Shown here one piece after another: positions 1 to 9,408 of a stretch of DNA of 32,000 nucleotides. Every line of letters starts with the position of its first letter. Positions within the stretch are counted from its first letter, which is position 1. Origin of the DNA: Coprobacillaceae bacterium (lineage in GTDB: Bacteria > Bacillota_I > Bacilli_A > Erysipelotrichales > Coprobacillaceae); NCBI GenBank assembly GCA_963675515.1, contig OY776328.1:300001-332000 (forward strand), in the 5' to 3' direction. The position numbers and the translations under genes are program-made. The notes below the pieces were generated by a model, which was given only the letters and a program-made list of their open reading frames with translations, had not been told where the DNA came from and made no database searches.

Positions 1-147
<147 letters not shown>

Positions 148-153
148 TATCAG

Positions 154-187
154 ACGCAGGAACGGTTCTTTCTCCTGCGTTTTTTTG
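154..187 (+). terminator. rho-independent terminator
   Basis: ACGCAGGA (154-161) pairs with TCCTGCGT (173-180), followed by T6 (181-186), just after the stop codon. Confidence 0.7.
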
Positions 188-395
188 AGCCTGATCGGGC
201 TTTTCTGGATGCTGATGGCAGCTGGGTTCAAGCATAGAAAAAACGGGATTGAAATGACCGGGTTAATTTAGATTAGAAAAAACTCCACATTACAAGTGTG
301 TTTTTGAAAGTGCTCAAGGAGCAATTGTTGGACAGACTGGGCTGATGGCCTAATTTAGGTAACAAAAAACAATTTTATTATCATGATAAAAGATT

Positions 396-424
396 TTGAA
401 ATTGTAAAACATTTATGCTATACT
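396..424 (+). promoter_or_regulatory. sigma-A-type promoter with extended -10
   Basis: TTGAAA (396-401), 17-nt spacer, TGcTATACT (416-424). It lies upstream of the YheO-like gene. Confidence 0.45.
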
Positions 425-443
425 CATGGCAAGGAGGCTGTTT

Positions 444-1106
444 ATGCACAAATTACTAGAACCATATGCAATGATAGTGAATTTCTTGGGTGCCGCTTTA
501 GGTGAGAACTACGAAATCGCGCTTCATGATTTGACTAATAAAGATGGGGCGATTGTTGCGATTTCCAACAATCACTTCTCAAAAAGGGAGGTTGGTGCCA
601 AAATGTCCAATCTGTCCCGACACTATATCGAAGATAGAGTCTATGAAAAACAGGATTATGTAAACAACTATAAGACCGTTGGTAATGACGGAAAACTGAT
701 GCGTTCTTCTTCGTATTTCATCCGCGAACCGGGGCGGGTTGAGCCGGTTGGAATGCTATGTATCAACGTTGACATTTCCGATTATGAATTCCTTAATACA
801 ACTTTGCGAAAAATGCTTGGAATTAAAGATGATGCTGATGTAGAATACAAGATGGATAACCCGGTAGAGGTTTTGACGACGTCACTGGACCAGATGGTTG
901 ACCAATACATCAAGTCTTGTCTCGAAGAGATGGGAATGCCTGGATATTTTTCTGCCAAGAGACTCAAGGTCGATGAAAAAATCAAGGTTGTTGAATACCT
1001 CAATGACCGCGGAACGTTCCAGATCAAAGGAGCGATCACTTTGGTTGCGACCCGGCTGGGAGTATCCGAACCTACCGTGTATCGGTATTTGAAAAAAGCA
1101 AGTTAG
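444..1106 (+). CDS. YheO-like transcriptional regulator (PAS-like sensor domain plus C-terminal HTH)
   Basis: LLEPYAMIVNFLGAALGENYEIALHDL... at the N-terminus and ...AITLVATRLGVSEPTVYRYLKK at the C-terminus are typical of the YheO/DauR-like family. I chose the start at ATG 444 because AGGAGG (432-437) sits 6 nt upstream. The track start at 426 has no SD. Confidence 0.7.
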   Translation: MHKLLEPYAMIVNFLGAALGENYEIALHDLTNKDGAIVAISNNHFSKREVGAKMSNLSRHYIEDRVYEKQDYVNNYKTVGNDGKLMRSSSYFIREPGRVEPVGMLCINVDISDYEFLNTTLRKMLGIKDDADVEYKMDNPVEVLTTSLDQMVDQYIKSCLEEMGMPGYFSAKRLKVDEKIKVVEYLNDRGTFQIKGAITLVATRLGVSEPTVYRYLKKAS

Positions 1107-1119
1107 AGGAGAATATTTA

Positions 1120-2760
1120 ATGAAAGATAATGTTTACGTTTCAGGGCACCGAAATCCCGACAGCGACAGTATTTGTTCGGCTATCAGCTATTCATATCTA
1201 TTGAACAAATTGGGGAAATACAATGCGATTCCTTGTCGTCTTGGAGAAGTTTCTCGGGAAACTGAATTTATCTTAAAGAATTTCAATCTGGAAGCACCGA
1301 TGTTGCTCAAGTCGGTGAAACAGACTGTCGAAGACCTGAATTACGACCGGGTTACTGTTTTTTCACGCGAGCTGACTTTGAAAACAGCCTGGTTCCTTCT
1401 AAAGGAAAGAGGTTTGCGTTCCGCTCCTGTTTTGGAGCAGGATGGCACTCTTGCCGGTCTTCTTTCCACTTCGAACATCATTGAAGGTTTCATGAATGAT
1501 TGGGATGCCAATGTATTGAAGGAAGCGAATACGCCGATTGCCAATGTGATCGACACTTTGGAAGCTGAGGTTCTTTACCTCAACGGGGAAATGGCCTTTG
1601 TGGAAGGTGCGGTCCATGTCGCTTCAATGCGTAAGGAAGAAGCACGCAAAAGAATCAATGAAAAAGACATCGTGATTATCGGCGGTGACCGTGATGATAC
1701 AGTGACTGCCCTGTTGGATTCAAAAATAAGCATGATAATCCTGACAGGAAATCTGAAAGTGAGCGACGAATTGTTGAAGAAGCTGGAAGATAAGAAAATA
1801 TCCGTATTGTCGACAAAACACAATACATATGACACGGCCCACCTTATCGTCCAATCAATTCCATTGTCATATGTTATGCTTACAGGGGATATCAAATCGT
1901 TTTCGATTGCGGACACTTTGGAATACATGAAAGAGGTTATGGCGGAAACCCGCTATCGCGCTTACCCGGTTGTTGACCTTGACAACCGCTGTCTGGGAGC
2001 TGTTTCCCGCTTTGCCCTTCTAAAAGGCTTGCGTAAAAAGGTCATCCTGGTCGACCATAACGAAAGAGGTCAATCGATTCCCGGAATTGAAGAAGCGGAT
2101 ATCCTTGAAATAATCGACCATCACCGCGTGGCTGATGTTCAGACCATGTCGCCTCTATATTTCAGAGGGGAACCGCTGGGATGCACCAACACAATCATCT
2201 ACAAGATGTATCAGGAAAACCAATTGGAGATTCCTCCCCATATCGCCGGAGTCATGCTTGGAGCGATCCTGTCTGATACCCTGATCTTCAAATCGCCTAC
2301 ATGCACGGCCAAGGACAAGGAAGTTGCCCTGAGACTGGCGGAAATCGCAGGTGTGGATGTGCAAAAATTCGGTATGGACATGTTCAAAGCCGGAACTTCA
2401 CTTGCTGGCAAGACTGTTGAGGAAATCTTCAATCAGGACATGAAGAAATTCACCGTTAATGACAACACTGTCGCTGTTGCCCAAGTTAATACCATGGATA
2501 TTGAAGGTTTCATGGATTATAAAGCTGACATGCTTGAATACATGAGTGATCTTTGCGAGCGCAATAACCTCAAATTCGCATTATTGCTGCTCACCGACGT
2601 AATCAACGGAAACAGTGAAATACTTGCTGCTGGAAGTCGCCAGGATTACATCGAGGCTGCCTTCGAGGTCAAATTGCATGACCATCAGGCAACCCTGACC
2701 GGTGTCGTATCCCGTAAAAAGCAAGTTGTTCCGCAACTTACAGCCGCACTGGTTCAATAA
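1120..2760 (+). CDS. ppaC: CBS-domain-containing family II (Mn-dependent) inorganic pyrophosphatase (DHH - CBS pair/DRTGG insert - DHHA2)
   Basis: DHH-family motifs are present: HRNPDSDS, VDHNE, IIDHHR and GAILSDTLIFKSPT. The 546-aa length with an inserted regulatory region fits CBS-PPases. The SD is GAGGAG upstream. Confidence 0.85.
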   Translation: MKDNVYVSGHRNPDSDSICSAISYSYLLNKLGKYNAIPCRLGEVSRETEFILKNFNLEAPMLLKSVKQTVEDLNYDRVTVFSRELTLKTAWFLLKERGLRSAPVLEQDGTLAGLLSTSNIIEGFMNDWDANVLKEANTPIANVIDTLEAEVLYLNGEMAFVEGAVHVASMRKEEARKRINEKDIVIIGGDRDDTVTALLDSKISMIILTGNLKVSDELLKKLEDKKISVLSTKHNTYDTAHLIVQSIPLSYVMLTGDIKSFSIADTLEYMKEVMAETRYRAYPVVDLDNRCLGAVSRFALLKGLRKKVILVDHNERGQSIPGIEEADILEIIDHHRVADVQTMSPLYFRGEPLGCTNTIIYKMYQENQLEIPPHIAGVMLGAILSDTLIFKSPTCTAKDKEVALRLAEIAGVDVQKFGMDMFKAGTSLAGKTVEEIFNQDMKKFTVNDNTVAVAQVNTMDIEGFMDYKADMLEYMSDLCERNNLKFALLLLTDVINGNSEILAAGSRQDYIEAAFEVKLHDHQATLTGVVSRKKQVVPQLTAALVQ

Positions 2761-3026
2761 TGAGGCTAGACAAGTTTTTAAAAGTTTCGCGAATCATCAA
2801 GCGGCGAACCCTGTCAAAGGAAATCACCGAGAGTGGCCGGGTAAAGGTGAATGACAAAGTCGCGAAACCATCGACAATCCTGAAAGTTGGCGACCGGATT
2901 GAAATCGAGTTTGGCCGGACCCTGCTGAGTGTTGAAGTGTGTGAATTGAAAGAACATGTGCTTAAACAAGACAGCGGTCTGCTTTATCGAATAATTGATG
3001 AAAAGAAGATTGAAAGAGAGAGCTAG
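2760..3026 (+). CDS. rqcP: S4-domain RNA-binding protein, RqcP/YabO (Hsp15-like) ribosome quality-control factor
   Basis: MRLDKFLKVSRIIKRRTLSKE...GRVKVNDKVAKPS is near-collinear with Bacillus YabO/RqcP, at 88 aa. There is a 1-nt overlap with the ppaC stop. Confidence 0.75.
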   Translation: MRLDKFLKVSRIIKRRTLSKEITESGRVKVNDKVAKPSTILKVGDRIEIEFGRTLLSVEVCELKEHVLKQDSGLLYRIIDEKKIERES

Positions 3027-3060
3027 CATCTCTCTTTTGTTTTTTGGAAAGGGGAATGGA

Positions 3061-3933
3061 ATGAATAAGACCAGAGGAATAATACTGATTATCTTGTCGG
3101 CTTTCGGTTTTGCCCTGATGGGCGTTTTCGTGAGATATGCCGGGGACATCCCGTCAATTCAAAAGAGCTTTTTTCGCAACCTGATCGCCTTTGTCGTATC
3201 GATGGTTTTTGTGGCCAAAACCCCGGGAAAGGTCAATGTGACCAAAAACGCCTGGTCCATCCTGATACTGCGGTCGCTGGCCGGAACGGCGGGAATAATC
3301 GCCAACTTTTACGCCCTGGATCACCTTATGATTGCGGATGCATCGATGCTCAACAAGCTCTCGCCGTTTTTTGTGCTGATTTTCTCTTTCTGGTTGCTAA
3401 AAGAAAAGCTGACATCATTCCAGATTGCAGTTGTCTGCGGTGCCTTTCTGGGAACCTTGCTGGTGGTCAAGCCGACTTTTTCTGGAATCGATCCTGGCAT
3501 GCTGGCAGGGCTGTTTGGGGGATTATGTGCGGGATTTGCCTATGCCATGGTCCGCAAGCTGGGGCTGCTTGGGGTCAAGGCGACATTCATCGTGATGTTC
3601 TTCTCTGGTTTTTCCTGTCTGGTGACTTTGCCTTATGTCTTGTTCGACTACACACCGATGACCTTTGCGCAGACCGGCAGTCTGCTGCTGGCGGGATTGG
3701 CGGCAACTATGGGTCAGTTTTGCATAACGATGGCCTACAAATTCGCCCCGGCCCGGGAGATTTCGGTATATGACTATTCGAACATCATATTCAGCGCGGT
3801 ACTGGGCTACCTGATCTTTGGCCAAGTCAGCGATCTTCTTAGCTGGATGGGTTACCTGGTGATAATTTTGATGGCAGTGTTGATGTATCTGTACAACAAT
3901 GGCTATATTGGTAAATATGATGGAAATAAATAA
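3061..3933 (+). CDS. EamA/DMT-superfamily transporter (10 TM)
   Basis: The protein is hydrophobic throughout and shows two EamA-like halves. The start was moved to ATG 3061 (MNKTRGIILIILSAFGF...), after a GGGGA-type SD and downstream of the rqcP stop. Confidence 0.75.
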   Translation: MNKTRGIILIILSAFGFALMGVFVRYAGDIPSIQKSFFRNLIAFVVSMVFVAKTPGKVNVTKNAWSILILRSLAGTAGIIANFYALDHLMIADASMLNKLSPFFVLIFSFWLLKEKLTSFQIAVVCGAFLGTLLVVKPTFSGIDPGMLAGLFGGLCAGFAYAMVRKLGLLGVKATFIVMFFSGFSCLVTLPYVLFDYTPMTFAQTGSLLLAGLAATMGQFCITMAYKFAPAREISVYDYSNIIFSAVLGYLIFGQVSDLLSWMGYLVIILMAVLMYLYNNGYIGKYDGNK

Positions 3934-3941
3934 CAATGTTA

Positions 3942-3970
3942 TTGTATTAGTTACCTAGCGGTGTTATAAT
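3942..3970 (+). promoter_or_regulatory. sigma-A-type promoter with extended -10
   Basis: TTGTAT (3942-3947), 17 nt, TGtTATAAT (3962-3970). Confidence 0.45.
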
Positions 3971-3990
3971 TTTTTCATGAGGTGATTGCA

Positions 3991-4296
3991 ATGACGGGGA
4001 AGAAAAAAGTTAAAATGGCCTTTAGAATTTCTGTGGCAGTTTTTAGTCTTGTAGTTGCGGGATTTTTATCTTATACCACAATCGTTAAAATCAATAATAC
4101 TTTGGCGATGCACAGTCAGCTAGGTGTGGTAACAAGCCAGAAAGAACAGCTTGAAACCCAAAAAGCAGCCTTGGAAGCCGAGATAGAAAAGCTTCAAGAC
4201 AGCAATTATCTTGCCAACTATGCCCGGGAGCATTACGTTTTTTTAAAAGACGGTGAGCGGGTATCGATAATTCCCAATGTCGATGAATCCGAGTAA
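3991..4296 (+). CDS. divIC: septum formation initiator family protein (DivIC/FtsB-like)
   Basis: It has an N-terminal TM (ISVAVFSLVVAGFLSY), a coiled coil (QKEQLETQKAALEAEIEKLQD), and the ...YLANYAREHYVFLKDGE motif. GAGGTGA (3979-3985) precedes ATG 3991. Confidence 0.65.
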   Translation: MTGKKKVKMAFRISVAVFSLVVAGFLSYTTIVKINNTLAMHSQLGVVTSQKEQLETQKAALEAEIEKLQDSNYLANYAREHYVFLKDGERVSIIPNVDESE

Positions 4297-4311
4297 TAGG
4301 GCCAATGAAGA

Positions 4312-4340
4312 ACCAACTTATGCAAGTAAGCTGGTTTTTT
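4312..4340 (+). terminator. rho-independent terminator
   Basis: ACCAACTTA (4312-4320) pairs with TAAGCTGGT (4327-4335, one G-U pair), followed by a T-run to 4340. Confidence 0.65.
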
Positions 4341-4366
4341 AATTTGTTTCATAATGTAAAATGACA

Positions 4367-4394
4367 ATGACAGTATCGGATAATGTGCTATAAT
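4367..4394 (+). promoter_or_regulatory. sigma-A-type promoter with extended -10
   Basis: ATGACA (4367-4372), 16 nt, TGcTATAAT (4386-4394). Confidence 0.4.
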
Positions 4395-4415
4395 TACCTA
4401 AAATGGAGGCTGATT

Positions 4416-5234
4416 ATGAAAAAAGTTATTTTTACCGATTTGGATGAAACGCTGTTGATAAATCACCATGTTCCTAATGAAAATCAGGAGGCTATCAGGA
4501 AAGCCAGGGAAAAAGGAGTCAAGGTCATCCCTTGCACCGGCCGGGCCTTTGGGATGATTAAGGAAATAACCCAGGAGATGGGGATAGATGGTGTTGAAGG
4601 GGAGTATGCGATCTGTTTCAATGGCGGTCTGATAATGGATCTTTCCAACGATTCGATTCTCCACTATCAGCCGATGTCTTTCGACCTGGTCAAGCCGGTA
4701 TTTGAAAATGGCATCGCCCATGGTTTGTGCATTCTGATTTTCGCATTGGATAAGGTATTTATCTTCAATCCGATTGAAAGCGAGATCAAACGGAAAATAG
4801 CCCAGAAGGCGGATTTTGAAGTTCTCGAAGTCGGAGATTTTGCGGGGCTTGAACAGCTGGAACTCTCAAAAATCCTATATGTCGATGAAGATAAACAGCA
4901 ACTGGACTTGGCCATAAATGATCTTGGAAAGGATGTTATTTCCAATGTGGAAATCTCATACTCATCAAACCGTTATGGCGAATTCAATCCCGCTGGAGTG
5001 AACAAGGGATGGGCGATCCATTATCTGTGTGAAAGACTTGGGGTAGCCATAGAAGATACGATCGGCGTGGGAGACAACTACAACGACATAAAAATGATTG
5101 AGGCAACCGGACTTGGCGTCTATATGGCTAATGCACCCCATGAACTGGCGATAAAAGGTGACTACGTGACAACCAGAAGATACGATGAGGGCGGGTTCGT
5201 TGAAGTGGTGGAGAAATTTATCCTCAATGATTGA
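4416..5234 (+). CDS. HAD-IIB (Cof-type) sugar-phosphate phosphatase
   Basis: The motifs are MKKVIFTDLDETLL (motif I DxD), TGR and GDNYNDIKM (motif IV). GGAGG lies 6 nt upstream of ATG 4416. Confidence 0.75.
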   Translation: MKKVIFTDLDETLLINHHVPNENQEAIRKAREKGVKVIPCTGRAFGMIKEITQEMGIDGVEGEYAICFNGGLIMDLSNDSILHYQPMSFDLVKPVFENGIAHGLCILIFALDKVFIFNPIESEIKRKIAQKADFEVLEVGDFAGLEQLELSKILYVDEDKQQLDLAINDLGKDVISNVEISYSSNRYGEFNPAGVNKGWAIHYLCERLGVAIEDTIGVGDNYNDIKMIEATGLGVYMANAPHELAIKGDYVTTRRYDEGGFVEVVEKFILND

Positions 5235-5883
5235 TTTTAAGACATTTATGGCTGCACAAAGCGGAGAGGCTTATTACCAGAGACTGATGGCCAATGTCGA
5301 GGCCGCCTATGAGTCAAACGTGATTTTCCCGCCACGGGACCAGGTTTATCGGGCCTTTGAGCTTTGCGATCTCCCTCAAGTCAGGGTTGTCATAATCGGG
5401 CAGGACCCATATCATGAAACTGGCCAGGCAAACGGATTGGCTTTCAGTGTGGATCAAGGCGCAAAGCTGCCGCCAAGCTTGCGCAATATCTATAAGGAGC
5501 TCTCGAGAGATCTAGGCTGTGAGGTTGTCAGCCATGGCGATCTGAGTCACTGGGCGGCCCAGGGGGTTTTGCTTATCAACAATGTGCTCACTGTCCAGCA
5601 GGGACTGGCCAACAGCCACTTTGACTTTGGCTGGCAGGAATTCACGGCCCGGATCATTAAAACTATCAATGAATCAAGCCATCCGGTCGTCTTCATACTG
5701 TGGGGCAAAAACGCCCAAAAGACCGCAAAAGATCTTGATAGGCGGCATTTGGTAATCGCATCCGCCCACCCGTCGCCACTTAGCGCCTACAGGGGGTTTT
5801 TCGGGTCACGGCCGTTCAGCCAGGCCAATGAATTTTTAAGGAAACATGATTTAGGAGAAATCGACTGGTGTTTAAAGAAATAA
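5227..5883 (+). CDS. ung: uracil-DNA glycosylase
   Basis: The motifs are VVIIGQDPYH, GLAFSV, LLINNVLTV and AHPSPLSA. The start at ATG 5227 overlaps the end of the HAD gene by 8 nt. Confidence 0.85.
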   Translation: MIDFKTFMAAQSGEAYYQRLMANVEAAYESNVIFPPRDQVYRAFELCDLPQVRVVIIGQDPYHETGQANGLAFSVDQGAKLPPSLRNIYKELSRDLGCEVVSHGDLSHWAAQGVLLINNVLTVQQGLANSHFDFGWQEFTARIIKTINESSHPVVFILWGKNAQKTAKDLDRRHLVIASAHPSPLSAYRGFFGSRPFSQANEFLRKHDLGEIDWCLKK

Positions 5884-7025
5884 CAGAAGCGTTGGACTAT
5901 ATTGAAAACAAAAGAATCAAAAGGACGCTGCAACAGTTCAAAGATACGCTAAAAAAATACGGGTTCGAGACGGGATATGACAACGTGATCCATATAACCG
6001 GAACGAATGGCAAAGGTTCGACTGCAAAATATCTTCAACTGATTTTGACCAATAACGGCTTTCGCACCGGGACATTCACATCCCCGTACTTAATCAGACA
6101 CAATGATCGGATATGCATCGATGGGGAAATGATTGATGATGCATCTTTGCTGGAAATAATCAACGGACTCCATGAACTGATTGAAACCGAAGGTTTGTCG
6201 ATGTTCGAGATTGACCTGCTTATATGTCTCAAGTGGTTTGAAAACAAGAATCTGGATTACCTGATTTTTGAGGCCGGAATCGGCGGACTTAACGACAAGA
6301 CCAATATCTTCGATTCGAATATCAGTGCCATCACCAATGTCGGTTTCGACCATCAGGATATGTTGGGTGAGACTCTTCAGGAGATATGCGGGCAGAAAAT
6401 GGGGATAATCCGTCCCGGTTCCACTTTTTTGACGACCGAGACCAACAGTGATCTTTTAGCGATGATGGAGTCGCGCTGCAGGGAACTCGACACCAGGTTT
6501 GTCAGGGTCGTCCGGTATGACCTGCAAATCGATGGGCAATTCATTCCCGTCAAGTTCGACCCGGCATACCAACAAGCCAATTGTGCATTGGCGCTGGCGA
6601 TTGCCAAGGAACTCATCCCGCTTGACATAGAACTTACAAAGAAGGCGATCGAAGCATTTTCACTGCCGCTCCATTTCGAGAAGATCGGCAAGTTCATTCT
6701 CGACGGCTCTCATAACCCGGCCGGAATTGCGGCGTTGGTCGAATCGATAGCCGGATTGAACAATGTGGCCTTCGTTTTTAGCGCCTTGGATGACAAGGAC
6801 AACGCCAAAATGCTGGAGTTACTAAACAATTATCCGGTATATGTAAGCAGTTTCCCTGACATAAGGCAAAAACCCAACAAATATGAAAATTTTACAAATA
6901 CTTTATCCAAAATATATGAAAAGTATGATACAATAATTCTTACAGGAAGCATTCATTTTGTTTCATATGCTAGAAGTTACTTGGGGGAAAAATTTCATGA
7001 GATTATTGACGAGGGAACAAACTAA
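5868..7025 (+). CDS. folC: folylpolyglutamate synthase/dihydrofolate synthase family (Mur ligase fold)
   Basis: The P-loop is HITGTNGKGST, with TSPYL and a DGSHNPAG-like motif. The GTG start at 5868 follows AGGAGA and overlaps the ung end. Confidence 0.75.
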   Translation: MFKEITEALDYIENKRIKRTLQQFKDTLKKYGFETGYDNVIHITGTNGKGSTAKYLQLILTNNGFRTGTFTSPYLIRHNDRICIDGEMIDDASLLEIINGLHELIETEGLSMFEIDLLICLKWFENKNLDYLIFEAGIGGLNDKTNIFDSNISAITNVGFDHQDMLGETLQEICGQKMGIIRPGSTFLTTETNSDLLAMMESRCRELDTRFVRVVRYDLQIDGQFIPVKFDPAYQQANCALALAIAKELIPLDIELTKKAIEAFSLPLHFEKIGKFILDGSHNPAGIAALVESIAGLNNVAFVFSALDDKDNAKMLELLNNYPVYVSSFPDIRQKPNKYENFTNTLSKIYEKYDTIILTGSIHFVSYARSYLGEKFHEIIDEGTN

Positions 7026-7045
7026 ATATTCATGGAGTTTTTGAG

Positions 7046-7073
7046 GTGTCTAAAATTGTTTAGACACTTTTTT
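7046..7073 (+). terminator. rho-independent terminator
   Basis: GTGTCTAAA (7046-7054) pairs with TTTAGACAC (7059-7067), followed by T6. Confidence 0.75.
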
Positions 7074-7109
7074 GTACATCAATTATAGCTGTGAAAATGA
7101 AGTAGACTG

Positions 7110-7139
7110 TGGTACAATTTATGTAAGTTAACGCTTACA
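7110..7139 (+). promoter_or_regulatory. extended -10 promoter element followed by a cre-like palindrome in the glgC leader
   Basis: TGgTACAAT (7110-7118). An inverted repeat TGTAAG (7122-7127) / CTTACA (7134-7139) encloses AGTTAACGCTTACA, an imperfect CcpA cre-like sequence. Confidence 0.35.
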
Positions 7140-7158
7140 ATTCAAGGAGGAGAATACT

Positions 7159-8286
7159 ATGGGTAAAGAAATTGTAGCAATGATTTTAGCAGGTGGCAGG
7201 GGAACCAGACTTAAAGCATTAACTGCTAATGTCGCTAAGCCGGCAGTGCATTTTGGGGGGAAGTATCGGATTATAGATTTTCCTTTAAGCAATTGTGCCA
7301 ATTCGGGGATTGATGTTGTTGGTGTGTTGACTCAGTATGAGTCGGTACTTTTGGGGACTTATGTCGGAGCAGGGACAAAATGGGGTCTTGACGGTAAACA
7401 GTCCCAAGCTGCGGTTTTGCCAGCACGTGAACGTGGCGGTGTCGGAGCTACGTGGTATGCGGGAACTGCGGATGCCATCTATCAGAATATCGGATTCCTC
7501 GATGAACAGTCACCGGAATACGTGCTGATTCTCTCAGGGGACCATATCTATAAAATGGATTATGACAAGATGCTCACAGCGCATAAGGAAAAGGGTGCCG
7601 ATTGCACCATCGCTGTTTTGAATGTATCATTGAAAGAGGCTAGCCGCTTTGGGATCATGAATACCAATCCGGATGGAACCATTTATGAGTTCGATGAAAA
7701 ACCGGCAAAGCCAAAATCGACTTTGGCATCAATGGGGATTTACATTTATACATATCAGGAACTGCGCAAATATCTGATCGAAGATGCCAAAGATGAAAAG
7801 TCGGCTCACGATTTCGGAATGAACATAATTCCAAACATGTTGGCGGACAACAAGAAATTGTACGCTTATGAATTCGACGGGTACTGGAAGGATGTCGGGA
7901 CAGTCGATTCGTTATGGGAAGCGAACATGGACTTGCTCGAAGATCATGAATTGGACTTGTACAACATCAATAATGATTGGAAAGTCTATACCGAAGACAC
8001 CTTGGCTAAACCGCAATATATCGGGGAAGACGCACAGATCTCAAATTCAATCATCAATCAGGGGTGCATGATTGAAGGAACCGTTACCGGATCAATCCTT
8101 TTTGGGGGAGTAAGCGTAGGTAAAGGTGCTATTGTTGAGGATTCGGTATTGATGCCAGGTGTCTTGGTTGAAGAGGGCAGCATCATCCGCAAGTCGATCA
8201 TCGATGAGGGTGTTGTCATCACGGAAAATACGAAAATCAACGAAGATGCTGTTGAAGTGGTGTTAGTATCTAACAGTGAAGGCTAG
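7159..8286 (+). CDS. glgC: glucose-1-phosphate adenylyltransferase
   Basis: [16 protein letters not shown]..., [15 protein letters not shown] and the C-terminal left-handed beta-helix repeats are present. The SD is AGGAGG. Confidence 0.9.
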   Translation: MGKEIVAMILAGGRGTRLKALTANVAKPAVHFGGKYRIIDFPLSNCANSGIDVVGVLTQYESVLLGTYVGAGTKWGLDGKQSQAAVLPARERGGVGATWYAGTADAIYQNIGFLDEQSPEYVLILSGDHIYKMDYDKMLTAHKEKGADCTIAVLNVSLKEASRFGIMNTNPDGTIYEFDEKPAKPKSTLASMGIYIYTYQELRKYLIEDAKDEKSAHDFGMNIIPNMLADNKKLYAYEFDGYWKDVGTVDSLWEANMDLLEDHELDLYNINNDWKVYTEDTLAKPQYIGEDAQISNSIINQGCMIEGTVTGSILFGGVSVGKGAIVEDSVLMPGVLVEEGSIIRKSIIDEGVVITENTKINEDAVEVVLVSNSEG

Positions 8287-8298
8287 GGGGAAATAATA

Positions 8299-9408
8299 AT
8301 GGCAAAAGTAATTGGAATTGTAAATTTGCACACATCTACGAGTTTTGACGGACTGACCGAAAGAAGGCCAAGCGCGTCGGTGAGCTTTCTGGGCCGCTAT
8401 GCCTTGATTGACTTCGTTTTGTCAAACATGTCTAACTCTAATATCGATACGGTCGGAGTGTTAATTCAGGAAAAACCAAGATCTTTGTTCAAGCACTTGG
8501 GTGGCGGTGATTCTTGGAACTTCAACTCGAAAGCCGGTGGGATTTCATTCCTATATAATGAGAAGTATGCGAATCATAAGAAATACAATCATGATTTGAA
8601 CAACCTGGAAGAAAACGTTCATTTCCTGGAGTCGGAAAACACGAAGTACGTGGTGATTGCTCCGGCTCATATCCTTACTACAATGAATTACGACGACATG
8701 ATCAATGCCCATGAAAAATCAGGGGCCCGCATCACAGTCGCTTACCAACATATAAACAATGGGGGAGAAACATTCATCGGAGCCCAAACGTTGAAAATCG
8801 AAGATGGCATAGTCAAGTCTTTTGCCGCAAACAAAGGGGTCAACAACGAATGCGACGTTTCCCTGGAGACTTACGTAATCAACAGGGACGCCCTGTATGA
8901 CATTATCCGTGATGCCAAGAAGGCTTCATCATTCTTCAAGCTCAAGGATGCACTGGCTTATTATGCGGCTGATAAAAAAATCCACGCCTACGAGTACCGT
9001 GGTTACGCGAGATATGTTGATTCACTTGAAAACTACTACAAAGTATCTTTGGAATTCCTGAATCTGGACATATCGTCTGCTGTTTTCAAATCGAACTGGC
9101 CTATCTACACCCTGACCAACGACACGCCTCCTGCCAAATATCTCAAAGACGCATCAGTCAAAAAATCGTTTATCGCCAATGGGGCGTTGATTGACGGAAC
9201 AGTGGAAAACAGCATCATCGGACGTGATGTGGTAATTGGCAAAGGTGCCATAGTCAAGAACTCGATAATCTTCACCGGTGCCAAAATCGCTCAAGGTGCG
9301 GTTGTTGTCAATACAATCATGGACAAACGGTCACAAGTTAAAATTCAAAAAGATCTGATCGGTGATCCACAGGCACCGCTCTATGTCAAAGAAGGGGATG
9401 TTGTTTAA
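8299..9408 (+). CDS. glgD: glucose-1-phosphate adenylyltransferase regulatory subunit GlgD
   Basis: It is a GlgC paralogue lacking the GGxGxRL motif (VIGIVNLHTS...RPSASVSFLGRYALIDFVLSNM) and lies between glgC and glgA, as in Bacillota. Confidence 0.85.
   Translation: MAKVIGIVNLHTSTSFDGLTERRPSASVSFLGRYALIDFVLSNMSNSNIDTVGVLIQEKPRSLFKHLGGGDSWNFNSKAGGISFLYNEKYANHKKYNHDLNNLEENVHFLESENTKYVVIAPAHILTTMNYDDMINAHEKSGARITVAYQHINNGGETFIGAQTLKIEDGIVKSFAANKGVNNECDVSLETYVINRDALYDIIRDAKKASSFFKLKDALAYYAADKKIHAYEYRGYARYVDSLENYYKVSLEFLNLDISSAVFKSNWPIYTLTNDTPPAKYLKDASVKKSFIANGALIDGTVENSIIGRDVVIGKGAIVKNSIIFTGAKIAQGAVVVNTIMDKRSQVKIQKDLIGDPQAPLYVKEGDVV

Noticed and set aside
426-443. Longer upstream start codons offered by the ORF track (426, 2995, 3982, 4383, 5185, 15896, 21308, 22560, 26086, 28758, 30732)
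   Set aside because: In each case a downstream ATG is preceded at 5-9 nt by a GGAGG/GAGGTG-type SD. The extension either overlaps the preceding gene or terminator, or adds residues not typical of the family, so I used the SD-supported starts.
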